Positions 34,649 through 45,980 of a stretch of 64,000 bases of DNA are shown piece after piece (position 1 is the first letter of the stretch; every line of letters starts with the position of its first letter). Both the position numbers and the translations under genes were made by a program. The DNA comes from Mytilus edulis (lineage: Eukaryota). Below the pieces are notes generated by a model. The model was not told the origin of the DNA. It ran no database searches and worked only from the letters and a program-made list of their open reading frames with translations. The stretch lies in NCBI RefSeq assembly GCF_963676685.1, contig NC_092347.1, positions 12,028,001 through 12,092,000 of the forward strand. The letters run 5' to 3'.

Positions 34649-35587
34649 CTTCTTCTTCTTCTTCTTCTTCTCTTCAACAACTATAACCTTCTTTTTCCTG
34701 CTAGGTTTTTGCAGCTAAAAAAATTAATATATAATAAAAACAATTGAACGTGTAAGAAATCATATAAATCAACGTTTGCTGTGGGAAAGAAATTCGTATT
34801 TATTAGCGGTTGAGAAATTTACCTAGAAACAAAAATGTTGAAATATCTGCAACTGAACGTTTATCAAAACATTTTTTACTTGCTATCAATAACTTTGAAA
34901 ATTAATACTAACAGTGGTGAAATCAACCCAGAAACAAGTGAAATATCTGCAGCTGAACGCAAGCCGCTTGTAAATACTCTCTATCAATAACTTACTTTTA
35001 ACTAAAACGTTTGTTGTATATTAAACCTATAAAGTATATATTTATGTTCAATTATTTGCTGTTGAAGGATAATTAGAACGTTTATCATATAGTTTTTACT
35101 CGCTTTCAATAACTTTGAAAATTATGTGTACTTACTAGCAGTAGTGAAATTTACGAAAAAACATATAAGGTGAAACATCTGCAGCTGGTGCTTTTATTAA
35201 ACACTCGCAATATCTTACTTTAAAATAATTTTGTAGATCGCTCCTATTTCTTAGAGAATAAAATATATATCACGCTCAACTATTTGCTGCTGAACGATAA
35301 TAATTTAGCTATATGTTCATGTAAATATTTACTGCTAAATATTAGAAATCACTAACCTGTTTTTTTATTTCTGCCTCAGCTTTTAAAAGAACTGGCTTCA
35401 GATTGCATAGCTCTTTAAACTCATCAGTCCCAAGAGTTATGCTTCTGCTACTTGTTAAACTGCCTATGTGGATATAAACATATCCCTTGTACGGTGTAAC
35501 CGCAATGTTCTTCTTTCTTCCAAAATTCAACTCAGCCCGCTCTACTTCTCCACCAAATCCCCTCATGTACTCAACCTGGTTCATCAT
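34202..35587 (-). CDS. Spliced PC4/p15-like ssDNA-binding protein with acidic/basic SIM-like tail; exons 35587-35357, 34714-34578 (1-nt frameshift in (GAA)n as assembled), 34372-34202
   Basis: PC4-like LNFGRKKNIAVTPYKGYVYIHI..SITLGTDEFKEL. Canonical GT-AG sites. Exons 1+3 join in frame; exon 2 is in frame if one base is restored. Confidence 0.7.
34604..34675. repeat. (TTC)n microsatellite, encoding poly-Glu in exon 2 of the PC4 gene
   Basis: Seen directly in the sequence. Confidence 0.9.
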
Positions 35588-35959
35588 TTTTATCGCTTTA
35601 TGATAGAATTGAGTGTACCGCGTTAATAAAGGAATAAAGCTTCCGTTTCATTAAATTATGAATAATAGTTTCCAACACTTATTTACTCCTAAAGGCTCGC
35701 CAACCTTCCATTATCCATGTTACACCATTTTATTAATTCATATGTAATTTCAGTGTAGATCTGTCCCGATCGCGATTTTTCATGTCAGATTGATCTCCAA
35801 TATTGCGGCAGTATTTGGATAATACACCTTCTGTTTACATTAAATCTTAGTTCATCAGTTTAAATATAAAGTGTTTATCACCTTTCAAATTTGAAAAGTG
35901 ATCATTACTCAATAAATTTTGATTGTTTTTATTTAAGATCAATTATATATTATAGATTT

Positions 35960-36820
35960 GTTCGAACCGGATTTTGATGGTTATTTTTTACATCTCATTA
36001 CTATTTTTTCTCTCTATATATAATTTTTCCTTCATTAAAACAAAACCTATTTTCTTTTCTTTTCTTTGGATCATATTTTCAATGGTAAATCGAGTTGGAT
36101 TTTGACGATTATTTTTACATCTCATTACTATCTCCTTTTTTTTTCTCTCTCTCTCTCGCTCTAATTTTTTTCATCGTTAAAACACCTTTTTTCTTTTCTT
36201 TGGATCATAGTTTCAATGGTGAATCCTATCTCCTTTTTCTCTCTCTCTATTTTTTCCTTCGTTAGAACATAAGCGACTTTTTTCTTTTCTTTGGATCATC
36301 TTTTCTTTGGATCATATTTTCAATGGTGGATCATATCTCCTTTTTCTCTCTCTCTCTATTTTTCCCCCTACATGCTACTTTTTTCTTTTCTTTTCTTTGG
36401 ATCGTAGTTAATTGTTTTGCTCATGACTTTTTTGCAGCTAGCTAATTTTTCCCATGTGTAAATATTTCATTTGATAAGATTTGAGATTGAAGCTTGTGGA
36501 TTACCATCTTTTATAATTAATAGTTGATAAAAATGTTTTAAGCAAAGTTTTTGTTTTGCAAATTTCTAGATATGCTCTTTTCTTTTCTTTGGATCATTGT
36601 AAATGGTGAATCTTGTTTTGTTCATGACTTTTTTTTCAGCTAGCTTCTTTTTTCCTGTGTAAATATTTCATTTTCTTGACAAGATTTGAGATTGAAGCTT
36701 GTGGTTTGACCTCTTTGAAGAGTTGTCTCATCAGCAATTAAACCATATTTCTTTTATAATTAATAAATTTAAAGTAGATAAAAATTAATTAAGCAAAGTT
36801 TTTGTTTGCAAATTTCTAGA
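35960..36820. repeat. Internal direct repeats in the Polinton right arm
   Basis: TTTTCTTTGGATC(ATATTTTCAATGGT) occurs about 6 times with CT runs. Block ~36410-36570 is duplicated at ~36615-36820. Confidence 0.8.
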
Positions 36821-38145
36821 TGATATACAAATGGTGTCAACTGGTAATCATCCACATTGATTGGGGTAGCAATGCAGTGGGAAAAGTTTAAGAAAAGTCT
36901 AATTTATTAACACATATCAAATACAAATACTTTATTCCATGAAACAACATAGTAAGTTTCAAAACAAATCAAGTTTTCTGCACTATTTATATAACAATTG
37001 TAAATAATATAAACAAGAGAACTATCAAATGAAATTTGGTTATAAAAAACTTACATCATTTGTAATGCACCATTTTTTTTCACATAAAACATGTTATAGA
37101 AAGCACCATGACAGCGGTTACAAATCAAGAATTTTTATATATTTATCTCTAGGTTTAACTTAATCATATAGCACTATAAAAAGTAATAAAAACAAAAGAA
37201 AAAAAGTTTAAGCAAACACAATATGATAAAATATGCGATAATATGTTGTAATTAAATTTGGATGCTGTAAATTCTCATATGAAAAAATTCCAAAGATGAA
37301 AATGATGATAAAGTAAACATAAAAACAAAAAGTTCTCCAAACATTATATACATATATATATTATTTACATATATACAATAATACCAATCATATTTGTTTT
37401 TTAATTTAATTTATTTCTATTACAAAACTAAACATATGTAAATGGAAAACTAAAAAGAATAATTTAATGAAAGGAATAGATTAATAATGAACTTTAATAC
37501 CAGAGAAAGTAGATTATTTAATGAAAAGAATAGATTTATAATGAAATTTATGGTTTGAATGAGCATGAAACATATAAACTAAGGTGAATTTATAAAAACA
37601 AACTACATGTATACTACTATTTACAATATAATAAAATGAGAGTAGAGAAATGCGAGTATAATCAAAATCTTTTCTTTAATTAAAATAAAGTGTAACTAAT
37701 CCAAATAAATCAAATGAAAGAAAATTGAAAAGTTTTGGTGATATAATTTTTCATAATATAAGTAGATTTGTAGAATACATCCTCATCAGTGATTATTAAA
37801 ATTTAGATAACAGTGTATAAATAAGTTTATAAAATTTAGAAAAAAGATTATAAAATTTAGAAAAAAAAAAAATAAAAAAAATATAAAATTTAGAAAAAAA
37901 ATTTAAAAAATTTCATAAAATTTAAAAGTTTAGAAAATTAATCATAGGTTAGTCTCTGTGGCCGAATAGATATCCTGTTTGATCTTCTCAATATTCTTGG
38001 TGGTTGTTGTTGTGCTGGGGCTACTCGTCTGTTATTTTCACGTGGTGGAAAAAAATAATTTATAATTTCTTGAAGCCTTTCATAAATTGCGATGAGGATA
38101 TATTCTACAAATTAAAAAGTAGTAAATACAGAGATAGATATTAAC

Positions 38146-39486
38146 TTAAACAGTTTTTTTTGGTGTATTAACAAAATCTGCAATTTCTATTTCGGATAGT
38201 GAATCTGCATCGACATTGAAGGAGAATTGGTGTTGGCGGAAATTGGTTTTTGCAGTTCTCTTCTTTTTGCAGATGCAAAATAACATCAGCGACAAGAGCA
38301 TAACACATGCTAGAGATGCTGTAAAGATAAATTTGAATATGTCACTTACTTTAAAAATTATAAAATATATTGATATATATAAATAGATTAGACCATTGGT
38401 TTTTCTGTTTGAATTGTCTTTATAGCTTACTGTTTGGTGTGAGCTTTTGCTCTGTGTTGAAGGTCATACTTTGATCTATAATACATTGGCACTCATACCG
38501 CATCTTTTTCTTATTTATAAATAAGTGTTTTTATTAGAACATGTATATATTTTTATTTTATTTATTTATTTTATTTTTATATTGTTTGTCAATCAAATAA
38601 ATAAATTAAATTTAGATACTTACCAAAAATCATTATAAGAATGATCTTAATATTATCTAGACCCTTGTCTTCCTCCTGTGCATGTGGTGTTGACTTCTGA
38701 AATAAAGAAATAAAATCATGTATTTCATGAAAATGTTGATATTAAAAAATCTTATCCTTCACATTTTAATTTGTTTTTAAGCACTATACTATAGAGAATA
38801 CAAATTGACTCGTTCATGTACATGTATTTCCTAATAAAAATAGAAAACAAAACGGACGTTTTAATTAAAAAAATATCAGATAAATGCTTACCAGTTGTTT
38901 ATCAGTGGTGCCGATTGACAATGTGGATCCTGGTGTTACTCTTGTTGCTGCTGTTGTTGTTGTAGAAGCTATGACTCCATTCTGTAAAAAAAAATATACA
39001 TAATGTAAGAAATGTTTTACACAATAAAATTAATAAATAATATATAAGATCTGCTCATAGTTTAGGTTGTTTCTAGTCACTTTACATATAGAGACAATAC
39101 TACGTGATTACTTTAAAGCTCTTATTATTCTGTTATTCTTTTCTAATTTCCTATATACTTACATCACAATGTATACCATTAACAATTGTTATTGTTTCTG
39201 GTGCTGCTAAAACATTGCTGCATTTAGAATTTCCTTGTTTGATCTCAATTGAATGCAGGTCTCTATTATTTGCAAGGTCCAATTGTCCGGCAACAAAAAA
39301 TCTTTCGAATACGACTTTCTTTACATCTAGTCGGATTCTGGTGTTGTAGAGCCCTGCTCCAGTCCATCTGCAATGGAGAGTATCCCCCTCCACTGTGCAT
39401 ACATCTCTCAATTCATGCGAGCATGAAACAGCTGACATTGTGAAACAAATGATGATGAATATAAACATGGTGTTGATGGGTGACAT
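38146..39486 (-). CDS. Spliced type-I membrane protein (signal peptide, Cys-capped LRR-like domain, Thr-rich stalk, TM), 219 aa; exons 39486-39163, 38981-38892, 38696-38624, 38318-38146
   Basis: All junctions are GT-AG and in frame. TM IILIMIFASLACVMLLSLMLFCIC followed by KKKR. Possible alternative last exon at 38104-37938. Confidence 0.8.
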
Positions 39487-39676
39487 TTTGCAAATATTTT
39501 GAGGAATTAAATACCCGGATGAGAAATAAAAACAATAGTCTAATTAGGGAATAAATTAGGGGTAATTAATTCCGTGATATATGGTTGGGATAAGAGTGGT
39601 AGATGGATAAGGTTTAATTAATGTTTGAGTATGGATTGTTTTAATAAATAATAATAATAGTTTTTACAATATACGC

Positions 39677-39690
39677 TAGGGTTAGGGTTA
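39677..39690 (+). repeat. Short telomeric repeat TAGGGTTAGGGTTA at the mirrored position near the right end
   Basis: 433 bp from the right terminus. Its flanks are the reverse complement of those around the left (TAACCC)7. Confidence 0.85.
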
Positions 39691-39957
39691 ATTAATATAT
39701 TTTCAATTCTTATTCATTTTTGTTACAAATGAAACTTAAAAGTTTTATAAAATTTCTTCTCTCAACGCGAAGTCATTTAATCTTCTATTTTTTCAGTTTT
39801 ACTTTTAACTTCTTTATCCAAAATATTAACAATTTAAATTGTCTATATGTTAAATGCGATGGAAAATAAATCAAAACATTCTTTTATAAGTGAAAAAACA
39901 AAATTTTCATTTAATATTATACAACAGTTATATTATGTAATTTTCTTGACGTCTGCA

Positions 39958-40123
39958 AAATGCAACGTGTGAAAAAATCAAAACAGTCTTTTATATTTCT
40001 ACAAATTTTAAAATCCAATATTTTGATATTATTCAACAAATATATTATACAATTTTGCTAGCGGGAACAAATTTTTGTCAACGTGGCAAAAATATTTGCT
40101 GCTGCCACACAATATATACTACT
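39958..40123 (-). repeat. Right terminal inverted repeat of Polinton
   Basis: Reverse complement of the left TIR; ends in ACTACT followed by the TSD CATACG. Confidence 0.95.
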
Positions 40124-42384
40124 CATACGGATATTGGGACATGTTCATCAATTGAAATCATAACATACACAGTATTTTGTTTTGAGTCAGCTATTTTAAA
40201 CAGTTTATCAAAAGTTGTATTCAGAAAAGGATTACATTTGTAATCGTAATTAAAGTGCAGCTTTAGTAAGACGGATGATATGCATGTATTATCTAGACTG
40301 CATCTTTTCAAACAAAGTAAACTTTTGCGACAGTTGTATTTAAGAGCAATTCTCTGTAATTACCAACCATTTTATATAGGGTCCAGCAAACATAGTCACC
40401 GATTGTCATGAAACTTAGCCAAAACATGTGATTCATGTTAGAAAATGCCCACCAAACTGTTGCTAGACCATGGTTGCCATGGCAACCAAGTGAATGCGAT
40501 TTCCCGCAAATTTTAGGAATTTAGCATAGAAAAAACAACAACGTTGCAGTCATTCGTAATCAAAATCAGGTTGTATTTAATAATATTTATAAATATTTTT
40601 CAAAAACATGAAACAAAACAAACAAAATAGCAATGCCATATATAAGAAATATTTTGGCTGAATATTGTCACAACCGCAGAAGCAGAGGTCATTTTTCAAC
40701 ATAGTTCAGAAGACAAATTTTACACATTTTGTATGAACAAAATAGACATTTTTGCATCCACCTCCATTTATAAACCTGTGGTTATGAATGAATAGTATCA
40801 ATGTTTCTTATAAAAAAATTATAACAAAATGTTTGGGAAATTGGGTTCTAGGATGATTGTTATGGAAACAAACATGTGTCAGTTTTACCATTTTACCTCT
40901 AAAATGTGGCCATGTTATTAAAATAATCCTCAAAAAGTAATAATTATTGAATGACTATGATGTGCAAACTATTGGCAATTTAATAACCATAAATTTCTCC
41001 AAAGGTCAAAGGTCATTTGATCTTGTGTATATTAATTGAATTTTGAAATGAAATGTAATAGAAAGAGGCATACTATAAATGGATAAAATGTTCAGGACGT
41101 TTTAAGCACCTACTTATTAACGTATGAAAAATAAAAAGTCAAGGTCATGTCAAAAGTGCTTAGCAACCACGTGCACCCTTATTATACAAAAAAGTACCTA
41201 GCGACCATACATGATTTCATTCAGGACTATATAAACTATAACATAGACCTAACCTTAAAGGTCTACGGGTGTCATCATATTAGTTGTAAACAATAATTTA
41301 TTTATAGTGTTGCCTAGCATCCATTTATTTATATTAGGAAAATGCCTAGCTACCATCTTTTTATATTGAAAACGTGCATAGCAACCATTCAATTATTTAG
41401 AAAAACTGCACAGCAACAGTATATTGTAAGTTTCATTGGGACAAAAATCAGAAAACAAATAATATTAAGAACACATGGCTATTCCAGAAAAGTAAATTAT
41501 ATAGCAAATTTAATTTCATGAGACTGATGACACATATATACAAAAATTTAAAAGATGTCGGCTGATGAGACAACTGTCCAGAAATCAACCAAATGTTATT
41601 TAAGACATGTCTTTTGAACCTACAAGAAGAAGAGAAAAAGGAATATAACTGCTAAGAAATCGACCAGTTTAATTCTTTGGTTGGGGTTGGCCTTTCGAGC
41701 AAAGTAATGCGACAAATATTAATTTTCACTCGTTACAAGACTTGATTATTTATTTCATATTTTTTCGTCGATTTATTTTTTCATTGCGTACACACCGTTT
41801 TTGTATTTAAAATAGTTTATGGATGATGTGTATTTAAATGTACAGAAATATTTTTTAGCAGGTTTTGGGCAATATTATTTATCTTCAGATCAAAACACTA
41901 TCACATTCATTTCATTAAACATCCATTATCCCCATTACAAAATATAAAATGATCTTTCCTAACTAATAGAACTACCCTGCATCTGTTCATTGCTATATTT
42001 ATATGTCAACAGTGGAAGATTAAAACAAAAAAATATTTAAAAAAATACGTATTGTGTTTAGCAAAAGTTATTTTAATAGAGTCTAAGAGCTAAATGAGAT
42101 TTACTCATAACAATGGGCTAGTCGTCGTTAACTTAAAAAAAAAAATCTCCTTTGAAATTAGTTATCGAACATACTAGGCCAATCAGGATCCCTTTTTGGC
42201 CCCAAAATATAGAATTATAACAAATTTGCTTAAAAAGTAAACTCTAACGCTATTTATAAAGAAGTAGAAAGCGTGTGTTAGATAAATATAAGTCGTCTTT
42301 GACAACAGTGAAACACGCGTCAGGAAATTGAGTCATTATTTCATGCACAAAATACTGAAATTTTAACTTGTGCTAATTGTAAAT

Positions 42385-42640
42385 ATAAAAAAGAAGATGT
42401 GGTATGATTGCCAATGAGACAACTGTCCACAAGAGACCAAAATGACACAGACATTAACAACTATAGGTCACCTTACGGCTTTCAACAATGACTAAAGCCC
42501 ATACCGCATAGTCAGCTAAAAAAAGGCCCCGATAAGACAATGTAAAACAATTCAAACGAGAAAACTAACGGCCTTATTTATATAAAAAAAAATGAACGAA
42601 AAACAAATCTGTAACACATAAACAAACAACAACCACTGAA
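42385..42640. repeat. Dispersed SINE-like repeat (also ~60210-60560 and inverted fragments at ~49410, ~54090, ~59060)
   Basis: Shared AAGAAGATGTGGTATGATTGCCAATGAGACAACT..CACAAGAGACC sequence. Confidence 0.7.
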
Positions 42641-43730
42641 TTTTTTCTTAAATGGAAATGGTATCACTTACATATATAAAAATATTGTACACATGTGCAT
42701 AAGTTGTCTGCAAAATCCATGGAATTAAATTCTTGTGAGTCTTACTGCTAGTTAACACAGCAGAAAAGAGTCAACAAGTAAACCCACGTGATATATTTTC
42801 GGTATTGCTTTAAAAAGTTATCTGTTTCAAAAGTAATATACCGCTGTTCAAAAGTCATGTATCGATTGAGAGAAAAATAATTCGGGTTACATACTAAAAT
42901 CGAGGGAAAACATCAGCAATAAGAGGAACAACGAAACAACAGAACACTTAAGTACAACAACAAAAACATGACAAGACGGAGACGCCTTTAACTTGCTGTT
43001 TTCACATTCTTGTGAATATAAGGATATGTGAGGACTACGCCAAAGGGATAGAAACCAATAAACACAAAAGATCAAAAGTCATCAACTGCATGTTAAGCTC
43101 TAAATAGTTCAGAATCTAAAATGTAATGAATGAATTACAAAAAATCAAAGATCTACCATTAACACCAAATTCTTTAGATAACAACCATAGGATATTATTC
43201 TGTCAAAAACGTTATCCCTTTCAACAGATTAGATTAACAACGTCATTTGAACAAACAGGTGAAAAAGGGGCGGAATAAATAAAAGTATCATTCAAAGCTC
43301 AAAAGGCGAAAGAGTAACAAATAATCAGCAACACGAACCCCACAAAACAAACGGTATGGCATTAGGTTATTCGGAAGGGTTAGTAAACAATCTAAGTCAA
43401 TTAAGGCATTAATCATGTTGTTCATGGTATGTACAAACTCTGTGGTAAACCCTCTAAGGTGATTTTACAATCGAGGAAAAGGAGGACTGGATTATGATTT
43501 CGACAAATGGAACAAATCCGGGAAAATATACATACTATGGGAAAGAAAATGTCTCCTTTTTGAATAATTTAAACCCAAGAAAATATGTATCAACATTTTT
43601 CAGAGAGGGATGAACATAGGAATTAGTTGTTATTGGTAACGATAAAGTTATGTTGGGAAACAATATTGTCGAAAAAGAATAATTTGTGTATGATAGACTG
43701 AACAAAATTGTGAATTTAACTTATTTTTAT

Positions 43731-44847
43731 TTAAGTCGAAGTCTTGACACATAAACCATATCCAACCTGTCCCAGTAATTCTTCAGCATGATGAATAGAA
43801 CCATCTGGGTCCGGAAGTGTATGTCCTGGATCAATATGTATTCCCTGGCATGTATAACCTACAATAACAAAACATGATTAATTTAAAAAAGTAGAAATAA
43901 CATGAACGGTACCAAATTTACCAAAACGGACTAAACGTAATTCGAATAACCAATAAGGACTCGCAGTTGTCCATGACTATATTCAGCAAATACAATTGAT
44001 CTACTAATACAAGTTGGTTGACCACTAAACAATAAGCTGACAGTGATTTCAAACAGAATGGATCATTTTTTTAGCTGGAAGTCCTTGAGTCAAATCTGAT
44101 GTTTGACAATATCGTTAAATAGCTAAAATAATGGTAGAAAACTATAAATATGGATGTTTATATAATTTTTACGTACCAGTTGAGCACCCACATTTATATA
44201 AATGCATAGTATGTCCTGCTAGATGACATGGTTGCGATTCGTTTTGGTAATGGAAACACGTGTCACCATGGAAATCAGTCACACAACAATGTGTATTTGG
44301 GCAATCGTTGTTTGTCTTGCAATCGTGTTTCAAGTTGAGAAACACGGCCTGAAAAAGGTACTTTCAACTATACTTTACATGTTATGAATGGACGCAAATA
44401 CAATAAGTTTAGATATGGAATTGACAGTTTTTGTTCAAATACATAAATGTCTATTATATTTCAAATATTGATGAAAAACGGAATGACAAAAATACAATGG
44501 CCATTTCTTGCCAAGCTGATAAGAAAAACCAATACACTGCAAGTACGAATTATAATTAAACTTTACAACTCTAACTAATTGTACCGAAAAACTTCAATAA
44601 TACACATATCAGACCGTTTTGTGTCGGCGTCTTTTAAACGTATATCCCAATATTTAGTCACGTTATTCTTATGAATTGTCCGGTTTTCGTTTTATCTCTT
44701 CCGTCTAATTGTTAAAACTCTGCTTACATAACTATAGCAGTGACTGGAGAAAAGAATCGAGGTTTCCTTGACTAACAAAAGGACATAATTATAAAAATAT
44801 ACCTGACAAGCTACAAAGACTACCAACAAGACTATTGCTTCCCTCAT
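43731..44847 (-). CDS. Secreted prokineticin/astakine (colipase-fold)-like protein, 114 aa; exons 44847-44803, 44348-44177, 43858-43731
   Basis: Signal MREAIVLLVVFVACQA. Ten Cys in the pattern C-x5-C-x4-CC-x8-C-x9-C-x11-CxC-x5-C..C. GT-AG junctions in frame. Not in the ORF track. Confidence 0.85.
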
Positions 44848-45529
44848 TGTTAATCAACTGATGGCAACTTCCGTATGTAGTTCTGTCCAACAATCTTTCA
44901 CTGATATACATAAAACTTGGGTCAATTCCGTCATAGGTACAATATACAACGTACTGAGTTTGTCACCCATATATAATCATGTAAAGTAATAGAAAGATAA
45001 GAGGACTTAAATTGACCACTTCCTATCTGACTGATAACACATCTTATACATTATATATATGTGCAATAATAAACATAAAATTGAGAATGGAAATGGGGAA
45101 TGTGTCAAAGAGACAACAACCCGACCAAATAAAAAACAACAGCAGAGGGTCACCAACAGGTCTTCAATGTAGCGAGAAATTCCCGCACCCGGAGGCGTCC
45201 TTCAGTACTTGTATGCCAGATATTACAATTCATGCATTTTTGTTATTTTACTTTTTGTAGTCTGAAATCGGGAATAAGTTATAACTGAAGCAAATTTGTA
45301 TGAAGTACGAAAATTTATTTGACACCGCCACGAATAGGAATTGAGACGTTTGGTGACTGTTAACAAGGTCGGTAATAATATCCCTCATTAATTGTTTCAT
45401 TGAGTAGGATACACGTTAGTTAACAGCTATAAAAGATACGTAATTTGTATCAATAATAGTGTTTTGTACAAATTGTTAATGAGGATAACGGTGTCTTTTC
45501 CGACAGTTAATAGGATTTTAAACATTCTT

Positions 45530-45930
45530 ATATTTCATACCTTCCATGAGGTACGAAATTGTATACTTCTAAATATTTCATGATGTACGAAATGGTATAC
45601 ATATAATTCTTCCATGAGGTACGAAATAGTATACATACAAACCTTCCATGAGGTACGAAATGGCATACATATAATTCTTCCATAAGATACAAATTGGCAT
45701 ACATATAAATCTTCCATGAGATACGAAATCGCACATCAATGAAACAGATATAAATTGCCTATGATGTACGAAATGGTATGTATATAAATTTTCCATGAGT
45801 TACGAAATGGCATGCATGTAAATCTTCCATGAGGTACGAAATGGTCAAGATACGAAATGATCAGGGTACAAAATGGTTTTTGTGAGATTACGAAATCGGG
45901 GTACGAAATGGTAAGGGTATGAATTGACTA
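45530..45930. repeat. 34-bp minisatellite (CTTCCATGAGGTACGAAATGGTATACATATAATT)n
   Basis: GTACGAAAT recurs at 45551, 45585, 45619, 45653 and onwards; about 9 units, then shorter GTACGAAATG units. Confidence 0.9.
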
Positions 45931-45980
45931 TAATTTCTTTGATATTGCCAAAGGATATCGCATTCTAGATGCAAATTTTC

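Larger units (their letters stand above)
22185..40123 (+). mobile_element. Full-length Polinton/Maverick (endogenous polintovirus), 17,939 bp
   Basis: AGTAGT/ACTACT termini with TIRs. 6-bp TSD CATACG at 22179-22184 and 40124-40129. Open integrase, mCP, MCP, protease, ATPase and pPolB ORFs. Confidence 0.98.

Noticed and set aside
37050-37175. Possible additional minus-strand exon in the Polinton (..ICNRCHGAF.., GTAAGT donor)
   Set aside because: All frames contain stops near the acceptor and no partner exons were found.
40376-41620. Possible DNA transposon with repeated TAGCAACC/CATGGCAAC motifs next to the Polinton
   Set aside because: The ends are too degenerate to define TIRs or a TSD, and it lies outside the Polinton TSD.
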